A stretch of 64,000 nt of DNA from a virus (taxonomy: Duplodnaviria > Caudoviricetes): positions 1 to 64,000 of the IMG/VR virus record IMGVR_UViG_3300030620_000004; one strand, written 5' to 3'. Both the position numbers and the translations under genes were made by a program. The notes beneath the pieces were generated by a model that ran no database searches, had not been told where the DNA came from, and saw only the letters and a list, made by a program, of their open reading frames with translations. The first letter of the stretch is position 1, and the number at the start of each line of letters is the position of its first letter. Of the stretch, positions 34,919-45,543 are shown in pieces.

Positions 34919-36634
34919 TCAAAGCCGGTAACCCAAGAGTTCCAGGTTGCTCGTGACCGCACTGAATTGCCACTGCCCGCCGAGCGGCGCACTCGACCCG
35001 CTTGACGCAGTCAGGCTTGCGATGCCGGTTCGGAGCAAGTTCGCCGCAGGTGCATCGGGGTCGAAGACGAGCGGCATCCAGCTCGTGTGCGTCACGAGCC
35101 GCTCGGGTACCACGGTGCCATCGCCGATGACACTCTGCTGCGGGTAGAGGTCCAGGTGCAGCAACGTCTCGTGCCTCGAGAAGAAGCCAAGGTTGTCGTA
35201 AGTCGCGCTTGGTGGCGGAGCTGCCACGAACGTCTCGACGGATGGCGGCGTCCACTGAAAGGCAATCCCGACCATGTTCTTGGGCAGGCCGAAGTCGTTG
35301 CTATCCCGGAGTATCGCGAGGTCCCACGTCATGAACTGGGTCTGCGCAACGGCCAGCTGAAACGTCAACAAGCGCTGTTGACCGGGTGAAAAGGTGTAAC
35401 CCGCAGGGTACAAGACTTCACGCCCACAGCCCGCGCACGGCACCATGCTCGCGCCACCGCCCGCGTTCTGGATGACGTGGCCCATGAAGAGCATCACGCC
35501 GTTGGCAGTGCCCGTCAGCCCCGTCGACGCAGGCAGGCTCACATTCGCAGCGAGCCCGCGAGTGTCGACCTTCGTTTTGTCACTCAACGTATTGCGACCT
35601 GCGACGAGGATTCCTCGAGGCCCGTAGGGCGCGCGAATCGAGAGGCTGGGGGCAGCACCTTCTGAGTAGCGACTCCACCGCGGTAGCCCATTGGGGAAGA
35701 GCGCGAAGAGAGGAATCGCGCCAGGGTCCGAGCCTCCACTGATGGGCCCGAGAATGCCGAGGTTGTTCGTCGCGTTCTCGGGGTCTGCAAAGTCGAACTT
35801 CACGTCACCCGTGCCCATCGCGCCAGTAGGCGTCGACTTCATCAGCTTACCGCCTGCGAGGTAGCCCCCGAAGGCGGACCAAGCTTCACCCGTCGCTTCC
35901 GACGCAACCACGCTGAAGTTGAAGTCGTAGGGCGTTCGGTTGTCGTGTCGCGTGACGCCCTGGCTGTTCTGCGTCGAGCGGTCCTGCCACAGCGGGCGGA
36001 CATCCCAGAACGTCGCATCTGCCCACGTGAGCGCCCCGTCGGGCACCGATGCGACGACGAGCGGCAATGTGTTCGTCAACGCCGGCATGCCCAACCCCGG
36101 CGTGCCTCGAATGATGGTGTAGCTCAGCCGCTTCGACACCACCTTGTTCACGGTCTGCGGCGTGAACAAGCCCGTTGCGGGATCGAAGATGTCTCGGTTG
36201 TCGGTCTCGAGCACCAGGTCGACGACGTCGGCGAGCACGACGTCGATGCGCCTGCTCCCGCTCGCGTTGGCGAGGAAGGTCAGCACACCCCCCGTCTGCA
36301 AGCCTGGGTCGTTCACCAGCTTGTACGGGTCGTCGTCGAGCCCTGGCGTCGCGTCTGGGTCCACCACCCCGAGGACCCCCGCATCGACGAAGAGACTCGT
36401 CGGGTCGTCGACCTTCACGAACAAGCCGCCGAACACGTCGGCCACCATCGGCACCTGCCCGCCCGTGATCACGGGACTCGTGTGCCCAGGCCTGCTCGAG
36501 AAGTAGACGTCGGTGGATGCACGTGCCAGTTGCGCCGCTCGCGCCTGCCCGATCATGTCCTGCAACCGATTGTGATCGTTGCTGATGACACGCTCGCGCG
36601 TGTTGAAGACTACTCGCTTTCCGCCGTTGGCCAT
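34919..36634 (-). CDS. Tail fibre / baseplate-attached protein, paralog 2
   Basis: Last structural gene; full-length paralog of 36654-38366. Confidence 0.6.
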   Translation of the reverse strand: MANGGKRVVFNTRERVISNDHNRLQDMIGQARAAQLARASTDVYFSSRPGHTSPVITGGQVPMVADVFGGLFVKVDDPTSLFVDAGVLGVVDPDATPGLDDDPYKLVNDPGLQTGGVLTFLANASGSRRIDVVLADVVDLVLETDNRDIFDPATGLFTPQTVNKVVSKRLSYTIIRGTPGLGMPALTNTLPLVVASVPDGALTWADATFWDVRPLWQDRSTQNSQGVTRHDNRTPYDFNFSVVASEATGEAWSAFGGYLAGGKLMKSTPTGAMGTGDVKFDFADPENATNNLGILGPISGGSDPGAIPLFALFPNGLPRWSRYSEGAAPSLSIRAPYGPRGILVAGRNTLSDKTKVDTRGLAANVSLPASTGLTGTANGVMLFMGHVIQNAGGGASMVPCAGCGREVLYPAGYTFSPGQQRLLTFQLAVAQTQFMTWDLAILRDSNDFGLPKNMVGIAFQWTPPSVETFVAAPPPSATYDNLGFFSRHETLLHLDLYPQQSVIGDGTVVPERLVTHTSWMPLVFDPDAPAANLLRTGIASLTASSGSSAPLGGQWQFSAVTSNLELLGYRL

Positions 36635-36653
36635 GCCGTTCCTTCTGAGCCTT

Positions 36654-38366
36654 TTAGAGCTCGTAACCTAGCAGCAATACTATCGAGGTACCCGTGCCGT
36701 CGAACTTCCACAACGACGCCGCCGCCGGCATCGGTCCAGTCGACGGCACGTCGATGCCACACTCCAGACGCACCGGTGATTGCTCGTGCTGAATCGGCAC
36801 TTCGACCTCGGGCCCTGCGTAGCTGATCAAGTCGACCGGCAGCACAGTACCGTCACCGAGTGCACGGTGCGACCACGAGCCACCCCACTGCATGGCTTCC
36901 TGCTGCACGTAGAAGCCGATGCGCGCATAGTCGACTAGGGGCGGCGGTGAACCGACAGTCGTCGTGATCGGCGGCGGGTCCCATCGCAGCTTGACTCGAC
37001 GCGCGTTGCGCGGACAGGCGATCTTGCCAGCGTCCCACCACTCCGTCTGCACGTTGTGAAAAATGAAGTTCGCCTGCGCAGCCCACGTGCCTGTGAGCGT
37101 GTCCTCGACACGTATCTCGCTGCTCGGCCCCTCCTCTTGCGAGAACAGAATCCACCGCCCAGTGCCGAGCGAACGCACGGGGCTTCGATCGCCCGCTACC
37201 GTGTTTTGCACGTGCAGCATGTAAAGCAGCACGCCGTCGGCAGTGCCCGTTAACCCGGTGCTGGGAGGAATCTGTACGGCGCTGGCAAGCCCGTTCACGT
37301 CGACCTTGTTGTAGTCCTCGAAGCCCACCCGAGCGCGACCTGCGACGAGCAGCCCAGTCGTCCCGTAGGGCGCTCGAATCGCTAGCCCAGGCGCAGCACC
37401 TTCTGAGTATCGAGCCCACCTGGGAAGCCCACCCGGAAAGAGCAGGAACACCGGGTTCGCCCCGAGGTCGTCGGGCGGAGAGATCAACCCGTTGAAGTTG
37501 TCGTTGGCAGTCGCGTTTGCCGGAGCGTCCGCGTCGAATACGACGTCGCCGAGCCCTGGCACGCTTGTCATCAGTCGGCCACCCACCAGATACCCGTTCC
37601 ACTCGGTGTACGCGAAGCCAAAGTGATCAGCAGAAACGTCCGCGTAGAAGTCGAAGTCGTAGTACCTGCGACGCTCGTTCTGCCGCTTGTAGTACGTGAT
37701 GCGGTCGGCCACCAATGGGCGAACATCCCAGAACGTGACGTCGGCCCACGATGCGGTCCCGCTCGGCACCGACGCGACTGCCAGGGGAATCGTGTTCGTC
37801 AACGCCGGCAGGCCTGCCCCTGGAGTCCCCCGAAGAATGCTGTAGACCAAGCGCTTCGCAGTGACCTTGTTCAGCAACATTGGGGTGAACAGCCCGGTCG
37901 CTGTGTCGAACACGTCCCGGGTGTCGGTCTCGAGTACCTGGTTCGCCACGTCTGCCACCACGACGTCGATGCGCCTGCTTCCGCTCACGTTGCCGAGCCA
38001 CGGCAGGATGCCAGCGAGCGCCATGCCTGGGTCGTCGACGAGCTTATACGGGTCGTCGTCAGGACCCGGAGCCCCGTCGGGGTCGATGACGCCGACGACG
38101 CCAGGGTCGACGAAGAGACTGCTCGCATTGTCGACCTTCACGAACAGCCCGCCGTAGACATCCGCGAGCATCGGAGTCTGGCCACCTGCACTGATCTGCG
38201 CAGCGTAGCCCGGCGTGCGCACGTTGTACTGGTCAGCATGTGACCGTGCCAGCTGCACCGCGCGCGCTTGCCCGACCATGTCCTGCAAGCGGTCATGGTC
38301 AGCACTGACGATTCGCTCGCGAACGTTGAACTCGACTCTTTTTCCGCCGTTGCTCATCAGAAACAC
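36654..38366 (-). CDS. Tail fibre / baseplate-attached protein, paralog 1
   Basis: Follows the baseplate wedge gene; shares the NGGKRV.FN.RER N-terminus with paralog 2. Confidence 0.6.
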   Translation of the reverse strand: MFLMSNGGKRVEFNVRERIVSADHDRLQDMVGQARAVQLARSHADQYNVRTPGYAAQISAGGQTPMLADVYGGLFVKVDNASSLFVDPGVVGVIDPDGAPGPDDDPYKLVDDPGMALAGILPWLGNVSGSRRIDVVVADVANQVLETDTRDVFDTATGLFTPMLLNKVTAKRLVYSILRGTPGAGLPALTNTIPLAVASVPSGTASWADVTFWDVRPLVADRITYYKRQNERRRYYDFDFYADVSADHFGFAYTEWNGYLVGGRLMTSVPGLGDVVFDADAPANATANDNFNGLISPPDDLGANPVFLLFPGGLPRWARYSEGAAPGLAIRAPYGTTGLLVAGRARVGFEDYNKVDVNGLASAVQIPPSTGLTGTADGVLLYMLHVQNTVAGDRSPVRSLGTGRWILFSQEEGPSSEIRVEDTLTGTWAAQANFIFHNVQTEWWDAGKIACPRNARRVKLRWDPPPITTTVGSPPPLVDYARIGFYVQQEAMQWGGSWSHRALGDGTVLPVDLISYAGPEVEVPIQHEQSPVRLECGIDVPSTGPMPAAASLWKFDGTGTSIVLLLGYEL

Positions 38367-40300
38367 CCAAGTTCTTCGATGTAGAGGTCGAAGGGGACAC
38401 CCGCCGGCCTCACGTTGTCGACGGCTTCATAAATTCGAGCGTACACCGAATTGGAACCAAGCGCAGTGCCGTCGTAGAAGTTGAGCAGCACGTTCGTGTC
38501 GAACGCATTGTTCGGCGCCAAGTCGTAGAACATGCCGAAGTCCTGCAGGAGCACCCGCGGCACGCCGACAAGGAAAAACCCGCGGAACTCGCGCAAGCTC
38601 AGGTACACGTAGAACCGGTGTTGCGGGAGCAACCCAGGCCCTACCGTCACGATCGTCTGCTCGAAGCCGCTCACGTGCCCCCGCAAGACCTGCCCTGGCG
38701 CAAACCCCGGGCCTCGCACCCGCACCACCCCTCGGAACACTTGCTGCGTCGTGCCCACCACGTAGTCGAACTGGGCAATACCCGTCGTGATCACGCCGTC
38801 CGTGTTCACCGTCGAGACCAGCTCGCCCGGGATGAACCCGGGACTGCTACCCACCAAGGGGAACCCTGGCGAGAGACTGTTCAGGCTGTAGAAGTTGGTG
38901 TTGAAAAACGGCGCTGGGTTATCGAAGAAGCCGTTGTCGCCAGCATCGAAGAATGCGGCGTACTCGCTGTCGAACAAGTTCCCGCCAAGCATCGCCATCT
39001 CGACAAGGTCGAGGTCGTACGCGAACGGCAGCTGGTTCGGCGCCCCGTCGTAGAACATCCCAGGAAGCAACGGCCTGCCGACTTCACGGAGACACACCTC
39101 CTCGCCGAGCGGCTCGAGCACCTTGTTGCCTGCCCGAATGACGGCACCGGGTGACACGACGTCGGCTGGCACCGCGATGCGCCGCCTGTACTCGTCGTCA
39201 CTCTCGCCCGTGAAGCGAGGCAATCCGCGTTCGTTACCGAGCTCGTCGAGAAACCCGCATTCCCCGCCCGTCGGGAAGGTCTCGTTCGTCACCGAAACCG
39301 TCAAGTCTTCGAACCAGCGCATGATGCGCCACCCCGCTGAACTCACTTCCGGCACGAGCGTCTCGTTCTGCTCTTTGCCCGTCACCGTAGCGGTCGCACC
39401 AAGCTCGCCTTGAATCGGGTCAACCCCGTTGAATGTGCCGTTCGTTCGCAGGATGACGAGCCGCCCGCCGTAGAGCGAGATGAACTGCCCTTCTGCACCG
39501 CTCGCCGGCTGCGAGATGCGCTCACCCGGCGCGAACGTCCCGACGAGCCCCGTGATCGTCAAGATGAGCTCGGCTGCAAGGTTGAACACTCCGCCGTGCG
39601 GGAGCGTCGGGTTCGGGTTCTCGATCCCGACGATGCGGCGGTACTGCCCTGTGTTCGCACCCAGCGTGAAGAGCAGGTACTGCCCAACGTGCTTCGTGAT
39701 TGGAACGTCGGGAAAGATGGTCGCGATCACGCGGTTCGTCGAGCCCGAGCCATTCTCGACTGTGGCCGCTAGGTTGTTGAACCCGACGCCAGGCTGAAGA
39801 ATCGTCCGGAGCGTCTCTGGTTCCGGACGGTTGTAGCCCGGCCCTGGGTTTACAGCGACGACTCTGATCTCGATGGGCCCTGCTTCACCGACGCCAAAGG
39901 CCGCGGGCTCCTCGACGATGTACAGCCGGTTCGTCGTCACGTCCTGAGGCCCGTGCTCGCCGTAGTCGTTCAGACGGTGCTGCACCAGTATCTCACCCGG
40001 CGTGAAGAAAAGCGGAACCTCGAAGTGTCCTGTGCGAGTTCCGGTCAAGATCGTGCGGGCGAAGCGGACGCCCGACGCTGGGGGTCCCGTCTGCCCACTC
40101 CACGGCAGGATGAACATGCCCTGTGTGTTGCCGTCGACCTGTCGACTCACCACGGCAAACTGCTCCGCCGCCTGCTCGATGACCTCGATGTTCGAGTCCG
40201 GCTTTTCGAGCAGCGGCTTGTTGTACTCGCGGTCCGTCACCGAGCGCCAAAGCTCCATGAGCTCGGCGCGTGTTAACGGCCCTGTTTTGATGTGCGGCAT
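38357..40300 (-). CDS. Baseplate wedge / tail protein
   Basis: LDELGNERGLPRFTGESDDEYRRRI (tail protein I / gp7-like motif); downstream of baseplate J. Confidence 0.65.
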   Translation of the reverse strand: MPHIKTGPLTRAELMELWRSVTDREYNKPLLEKPDSNIEVIEQAAEQFAVVSRQVDGNTQGMFILPWSGQTGPPASGVRFARTILTGTRTGHFEVPLFFTPGEILVQHRLNDYGEHGPQDVTTNRLYIVEEPAAFGVGEAGPIEIRVVAVNPGPGYNRPEPETLRTILQPGVGFNNLAATVENGSGSTNRVIATIFPDVPITKHVGQYLLFTLGANTGQYRRIVGIENPNPTLPHGGVFNLAAELILTITGLVGTFAPGERISQPASGAEGQFISLYGGRLVILRTNGTFNGVDPIQGELGATATVTGKEQNETLVPEVSSAGWRIMRWFEDLTVSVTNETFPTGGECGFLDELGNERGLPRFTGESDDEYRRRIAVPADVVSPGAVIRAGNKVLEPLGEEVCLREVGRPLLPGMFYDGAPNQLPFAYDLDLVEMAMLGGNLFDSEYAAFFDAGDNGFFDNPAPFFNTNFYSLNSLSPGFPLVGSSPGFIPGELVSTVNTDGVITTGIAQFDYVVGTTQQVFRGVVRVRGPGFAPGQVLRGHVSGFEQTIVTVGPGLLPQHRFYVYLSLREFRGFFLVGVPRVLLQDFGMFYDLAPNNAFDTNVLLNFYDGTALGSNSVYARIYEAVDNVRPAGVPFDLYIEELGCF

Positions 40301-40301
40301 G

Positions 40302-41453
40302 TCAGACGAGAATCAACGAGGGTGAAGTCAGTGGAGCAAGAATCTGCACGTTGGTCGGGCGCGTGCGCAGGGTGAACCCAGGGTTGGGAAACAGGTCACC
40401 AAGCGGCTCGAGCAATGAAGTCTGCTTCGGGATCAACCCATCCGCTCTGAAGCGTGCGAACACGGCACCGAGGTCGTTGAGTAGCAACGGCTCGTTCACT
40501 CGAAGCGAGTTGATGTACTCGACCATGGCGTTGCGAATCTGCTCGCTCAACCCCGACGTGTCCACGCCAGCGACGAACGACGGCTGAAAGACGATGTCGA
40601 TGATCTGCGGGCGTGACGTGTTCACCGCCACGAAGATGCCAGCAGGCCGATACTCGAGCAGCGTCTGGTCGACAGCCGTCGCCAGCGCGAGCGATGCAAC
40701 CCCCGACGAGTCCGCAATGAACAGCTCCACGAATCGGTTCGGCCTGCCGAGGTCGTCGAGAATCTCGATCGCGTTGGCACTCTCGACCCCCGGCGTGGCG
40801 CGCGCACCAAACTCGATTGCCGCAAGGGTTCCCCTTCGAGCAGCAACCCAGAAGTCCCGCACCCGCTCGCGAAACACATCGTCCGTCTCGGCAGGCTCGC
40901 CACCCGCCGTCGGCTCGGCGTTGTTCACTTGAATCGACACGTCGAAGATCGTGTTCGGCTTGTCGAACCGCCTGATCTGGTTCGCCCCCACCTGGAAGTC
41001 CTTGCCCGCTTGCGCCGCGCGCACGTTGGCAGTCGAGAGCAACGAGTTGGGTCCGAGCGACGTGAAGTTCGCAGTGGTCGTCGTCAGGTACTCGATACCC
41101 GCAAGACTGATGAGCTTCGTGCCCACCGGCAGACTGCCAGCGCCCGCAGTCGCCGTGAGACGGGTGAACTGCACAGCCCCGAGCGCAGCTGCCGCACCCT
41201 TGCGGAACAGCTGGTAGCGGTCGAATGCGTAGCGGTCGAGGTCGTCCCCTCGAGCCCCGTCGAGCAAGAGCGCGTTGATCCGTTCGATGTTCTGACGCGC
41301 CACCGCGTTCGCCATGTACGACGCGGCTCCGACGAACAAGTTGATGTCTGAGCCTTCGACGTCGACCTCACGAGGGTTGATGCGCTTGGCGCGGGTTATG
41401 ACGTAGCTGCGCCCAATCGCGAAGAGATCGAGCCTGGAAAGTAGTTCGGCCAT
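40302..41453 (-). CDS. Baseplate J-like protein
   Basis: ARGDDLD...RKGAAAALGAVQF; NAEPTAGGEPAETDDVFRERVR; RPAGI. Confidence 0.9.
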   Translation of the reverse strand: MAELLSRLDLFAIGRSYVITRAKRINPREVDVEGSDINLFVGAASYMANAVARQNIERINALLLDGARGDDLDRYAFDRYQLFRKGAAAALGAVQFTRLTATAGAGSLPVGTKLISLAGIEYLTTTTANFTSLGPNSLLSTANVRAAQAGKDFQVGANQIRRFDKPNTIFDVSIQVNNAEPTAGGEPAETDDVFRERVRDFWVAARRGTLAAIEFGARATPGVESANAIEILDDLGRPNRFVELFIADSSGVASLALATAVDQTLLEYRPAGIFVAVNTSRPQIIDIVFQPSFVAGVDTSGLSEQIRNAMVEYINSLRVNEPLLLNDLGAVFARFRADGLIPKQTSLLEPLGDLFPNPGFTLRTRPTNVQILAPLTSPSLILV

Positions 41454-42367
41454 CAGAGTCCAGTCGGTGAAAACGACAACGGCACGTTGAAGTCGGGCAG
41501 CTGCCCGATGTTAGTTCGAGCTCGAATGCGGTAGCGCGTGATGTCCGGGTGCGCTGCTTCGACAACTAGCGCCACCGAGACGTCGACAGTCTCAGGTTCC
41601 TGCCTGATCTGCGACTCGGCTTCCTCCGCCATGAATTCGCGGATGCCCGCCCGAGCGAGCTGCTTGATGCTGGTCATCATGCTGACGCCGTAGTTGGGCA
41701 AGTGCGCGAACTTACCCTTGCGTGTCGTGAGCCTGCGCATCACTCGCTTGCGATATCCCGCAAGCCCTTCATCGAAGGCGATGTCGCCTTGGCTGTCCTC
41801 GCGAAACGTCCCCAAGAGCGCGTCGAGCTCTTGGTTCTCCACCACCGGCAACGGATCGAAGATACCCGAGCGCGTCTGCGGGTTCGCGATGTCGCGGTTG
41901 TTGATGATGAACTCGGGAATGAGCGGCACGAGCCCCTTGAACAACGCGGTGTAGCGTCGCGTCGTGTCGAGCATCGGTATCTCACCCACCGCCGTCACCA
42001 GCCCGGACAACGTGACGTCGTACTCCCCCGGCTCAGGACTCATCGGGCGGTCGAGGATGAGGTCCAGAATCGTCCCCTCGTCGTTCACCTGCTCGACTGC
42101 AATGACCGTCACCGGCCGCGTGGGCTCTGCGTCGCGCCCCGTCGACCCCACCACCGGGACCACTGTGTACCGACGGGCGTCGCTCGCGTCGTTCGGGTCC
42201 CCCAACATCGTGAACTTCGGACTGACGTTGAGCCTGACGCGGATGACGTTCTCGCGAATCGCCAACACCTCGAGCAGGTCGAGCGCAACACCCGCCGGCA
42301 TCGACGTGCCGTACGGCATCGTCCCGTACGGTCCGATGCCGTAGCCTGCGAAAGGACCTGAGGGCAT
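41453..42367 (-). CDS. Ig-like domain plus gp25/W-like baseplate wedge protein
   Basis: C-terminal GDIAF..GL...RRLTTRKGKFAHLPNYGV pattern. Confidence 0.65.
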   Translation of the reverse strand: MPSGPFAGYGIGPYGTMPYGTSMPAGVALDLLEVLAIRENVIRVRLNVSPKFTMLGDPNDASDARRYTVVPVVGSTGRDAEPTRPVTVIAVEQVNDEGTILDLILDRPMSPEPGEYDVTLSGLVTAVGEIPMLDTTRRYTALFKGLVPLIPEFIINNRDIANPQTRSGIFDPLPVVENQELDALLGTFREDSQGDIAFDEGLAGYRKRVMRRLTTRKGKFAHLPNYGVSMMTSIKQLARAGIREFMAEEAESQIRQEPETVDVSVALVVEAAHPDITRYRIRARTNIGQLPDFNVPLSFSPTGL

Positions 42368-42397
42368 GCACCCAATGCTAGCGCAACTGGCCCCCCC

Positions 42398-42417
42398 ATG
42401 GAATCCCGGGTTTCCAT
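42398..42417. repeat. Palindrome copy ATGGAATCCCGGGTTTCCAT
   Basis: Read directly; abuts the stop codon at 42418. Confidence 0.9.
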
Positions 42418-42723
42418 TCAGTCCTTGAGCTCGTCGTCGCTGTCGACGTCGCTCTGCCCCACTCGCCCACCGCCGAACTCGAAGTCCGCGTCAATCGGGT
42501 TCGACAGGTCGCAGTTCAGCTGAACGAAAAAGTCGAACGTCGGGAACTCGAACGACGGGAATGCGACGAAAATGTTCAGGTCGAAAACGAAGATCGGGAA
42601 CCCAAACCCGCACACCGTCGCACCTGTCGGCGACGGCTGAAACCCAGCCTCGACGGCTTCTTGCTCTTGCTCCTCTGGCGGCGGTGCGTCTTCTGGTGGT
42701 GCGAATCCCATGGCGTCACCCAA
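42418..42723 (-). CDS. Small baseplate-region protein
   Basis: Coupled to the spike gene; Phe/Pro-rich. Confidence 0.55.
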   Translation of the reverse strand: MGDAMGFAPPEDAPPPEEQEQEAVEAGFQPSPTGATVCGFGFPIFVFDLNIFVAFPSFEFPTFDFFVQLNCDLSNPIDADFEFGGGRVGQSDVDSDDELKD

Positions 42724-43777
42724 TCTGTAGGCCGGCGCTCATGATGCCAGGCGTTGCAGCCAGGCCCGAGACCGGGTTGCCAATGAGCTTCTGCGGCTGG
42801 CTTTGTAGCGCAAGCGCGATGGCCGACTGCGTCGCCAGCGCAGCCGTCCACGGCCCCGAGCTCGTCGCCGCGAGAATCGCTGCCGCAAGCAACGCATCCG
42901 CCTGCGCTGGCGTCGTGAACACGAGCGGATTGATGATGGGCAGGAAGCCGACGATGATGTTCGCGAAGTTCTCCACGCTCATCGCGTGTTCACCCGCCAT
43001 GTTGCCGTTGGTGCTCAGGCTGAACGGCGTCGCGACTTTCAGCATGTTGTTCGGCTCAGGCGTCGCCGCACTGTCACTCAGGTTGAAGAGCGTGTCGCCG
43101 ACAGTGAACGAGAGGTGTCGATCCGTCAGGTTCATCTGCATCATGAACTCGGGCGGCGTGCTCTCGTCGCTCGGCCCCTGAAACCCGATGACGTCGGGAC
43201 TCATCTGGAACACCGAGCGGTCGCCAGTCCGCACCGTGAACACACCCGCAGTGTCGAGGCTGATGAGCGCCTCGCTCATCGCACTGCGCCACATGATGGG
43301 CCCGTTGACCTCCTCGACTCGAGGCGTCCTGCGCCGGCTGAACGCGAACGTGTTCGTCGTCGGGTCCTGCCCCGCGACACTCTCCATTGGGAACTTGTCG
43401 ATGCCGTTCGAGAGCCGCGCAAGAATGACACACCCCGCTCGCTCATCTCCTTCGGGAATCGCGACGAGCACTTCGTCCCCTTCGACGAACGGGTGCCAGT
43501 CCCCTTCCCCATTGCCTGCGACCTGCGCTCCGACGCGAGCGCGCACGGGAACCTTCGTCGGCTCAAGCAACACACGGACGAACGGCTGCCCCTCCTCTTC
43601 ATCGAAGACGACGATGTCGTCGGTCTCATTGCCCGCCGTCACCAAGCCGATCGAAATCCACTGGCGTGGGTCGATGCCTGGCTGCCGCACGGCTTGCGCG
43701 GCCGTGCTCTGGTCGAGCGGCTTCGCCCAGCGACGGCCTCGGCTAAACCCAGGCGTCTTGCGGCGGCGCATCACCAT
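42716..43777 (-). CDS. Baseplate spike (GpV/gp5 OB-fold)
   Basis: AGNGEGDWHPFVEGDEVLVAIPEGDERAGCVIL. Confidence 0.8.
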   Translation of the reverse strand: MVMRRRKTPGFSRGRRWAKPLDQSTAAQAVRQPGIDPRQWISIGLVTAGNETDDIVVFDEEEGQPFVRVLLEPTKVPVRARVGAQVAGNGEGDWHPFVEGDEVLVAIPEGDERAGCVILARLSNGIDKFPMESVAGQDPTTNTFAFSRRRTPRVEEVNGPIMWRSAMSEALISLDTAGVFTVRTGDRSVFQMSPDVIGFQGPSDESTPPEFMMQMNLTDRHLSFTVGDTLFNLSDSAATPEPNNMLKVATPFSLSTNGNMAGEHAMSVENFANIIVGFLPIINPLVFTTPAQADALLAAAILAATSSGPWTAALATQSAIALALQSQPQKLIGNPVSGLAATPGIMSAGLQIG

Positions 43778-45543
43778 TACAGGACGACCTCATCTTCAAC
43801 GACGACCTGCCGTGGCGCGTCGGCTGCCGTGTCCGGCTGCTCCTCTTCACCCTCTGGCAGCTCCGCATCGGCACGCACTTCCAAGTAGTTCGTCGCATCG
43901 AAGTCGATGCGCACGCCATCCGACATCTCGTCCCAGTCGATGTGAATCTCCCGCATGCGGAAGGTCGAAGGGAATGAGACGTCGTTCACTGCCCTAGCGT
44001 AAGCGTCTGCGAAGCTTGCCGGGAACCCAATCGAACGCAAGAACTCGCCCGGGCGTCGTGCGAGCTCGCCTTGAATCGTGGTCACCGTGTTCTGGTCGTC
44101 TGCTTCCAGGTTCCCGCGTTGCACCACGATGTCGACCGCGTCACCGACCTTCGTGTCGAGCATGTCCGGGTCCAGGTTCCCACCGCCGTAGCTGCCGAGA
44201 TTCTTCGTCAGCACGGTGACGCCGAGCTCGTTGCGCGCGAGCACCTCATAGAGCTGCTGCGCGACCGCCCGCAGCACTGCTTCGTCTTGGATGCCCGGAA
44301 TACTCAGCACCTCGAACTTCTGGTCCGAGCTCTCGCCAGGGTTCAGCCGCTTCGTGCGCTTGTCGACCTGCGGGAACCGAGCGATGAGCGTCTTCTTTCG
44401 GCGCGGGTTGTAGCTTCGCACCTCGACGTTCAGCGGCTGGTACTTCGCGAACTCGCGTCGCCACTGCATCTCGAGGATGTTCTGCCCGTAGATCATGAGG
44501 CGGTGCCCGATGGCGCCGAGCTTCGGCAGGGTGCGCCCCTGGAACGGGTCGTCCGCTCGTGGTGGGAACTTGCGATTGTACAGGGCACGTGGGCGCTGAA
44601 CGATGACACGGGTGCCCTCGAAACGGATGTTCAGCCCAACGCTCTTCGTGACGTCGGTCAAGTAGTCCCACACCGACAGCTTGTTGTCGCCGCCCTTCGA
44701 CGCGCTCGGGCCGACCCCAGGCGGGTAGGCCGTCGGCGCAAGCGCGTCCTTCAGTGTCGGCGGCTCGCTGCCCGCAGGTTGATACTCGACGCTCAGTCCT
44801 CGGAACTGCGGGAAGTTCGACAGGTAGTTTGCAATCGCAGTGTCGATGGGCTCCTCGACGGAGATGGCCAAACGCGACGGGTGGTCCTGCCCGATGAGCA
44901 GGCGCGTGTTGTCCGTGCACTCGAGCACGATCTTGGGCGAGTCACCCTCGGGCCAGTTCGCTTCCCAACTATCGACCCACCCCTCGAACCGCTTGTTCGT
45001 CCGAGACCGTCCGTTGTCATCGCTGTAGTCGTCCGGGATGACGTTGAAGGGAACACGCGAGCCCGGTGGCACCTTCGTCGTTCGGAGCTGACCGTTTACA
45101 CCACGCTGAAAGTCATCAGCGCTCACAGTGCCGAGGAAGTACTGCACTCCGCAGCTCCGAATCGTTCGCGGGTCCAACGGCAGGTCGAGAAACTCGAGCT
45201 CCAGGTTTAGGGTGTCCGCCGTGCGGATGCCGTTCTGACTCCACCCCGCCGTGATAGGAATGATGCCGTCGATGACGTGGGTGTACTCATCGAGGCTGCT
45301 GCTCTGCTGCTGTGGGCTCCCCACTGCGTTCGGCTCATCGCCGGGGCCCACCAAGAGCAACGCACCGTCTTGGGTCTCCACGCGCAACCGTTCCCCACCG
45401 TCGTCCTTTTTGCCCCGGCGTTGCTGTGGCGGTGTCGCAGGTGGTTCAGGCGTGCCCTTCCTGCCGTAGTCCTCGAAGCGCACGATCAATCTGACGCGAG
45501 CGCTTGGGTAGTAGCTCTGAATCGGTTGTTCGCGAGTCGGCAT
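43777..45543 (-). CDS. Baseplate hub (gp27/GpD-like)
   Basis: Position and size; SVWDYLTDVTKSVGLNIRFEGTRVIV. Confidence 0.65.
   Translation of the reverse strand: MPTREQPIQSYYPSARVRLIVRFEDYGRKGTPEPPATPPQQRRGKKDDGGERLRVETQDGALLLVGPGDEPNAVGSPQQQSSSLDEYTHVIDGIIPITAGWSQNGIRTADTLNLELEFLDLPLDPRTIRSCGVQYFLGTVSADDFQRGVNGQLRTTKVPPGSRVPFNVIPDDYSDDNGRSRTNKRFEGWVDSWEANWPEGDSPKIVLECTDNTRLLIGQDHPSRLAISVEEPIDTAIANYLSNFPQFRGLSVEYQPAGSEPPTLKDALAPTAYPPGVGPSASKGGDNKLSVWDYLTDVTKSVGLNIRFEGTRVIVQRPRALYNRKFPPRADDPFQGRTLPKLGAIGHRLMIYGQNILEMQWRREFAKYQPLNVEVRSYNPRRKKTLIARFPQVDKRTKRLNPGESSDQKFEVLSIPGIQDEAVLRAVAQQLYEVLARNELGVTVLTKNLGSYGGGNLDPDMLDTKVGDAVDIVVQRGNLEADDQNTVTTIQGELARRPGEFLRSIGFPASFADAYARAVNDVSFPSTFRMREIHIDWDEMSDGVRIDFDATNYLEVRADAELPEGEEEQPDTAADAPRQVVVEDEVVL

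Noticed and set aside
34919-38366. Diversity-generating retroelement or invertible tail-fibre cassette
   Set aside because: No reverse transcriptase, TR/VR pair or invertase; both genes are in direct orientation.
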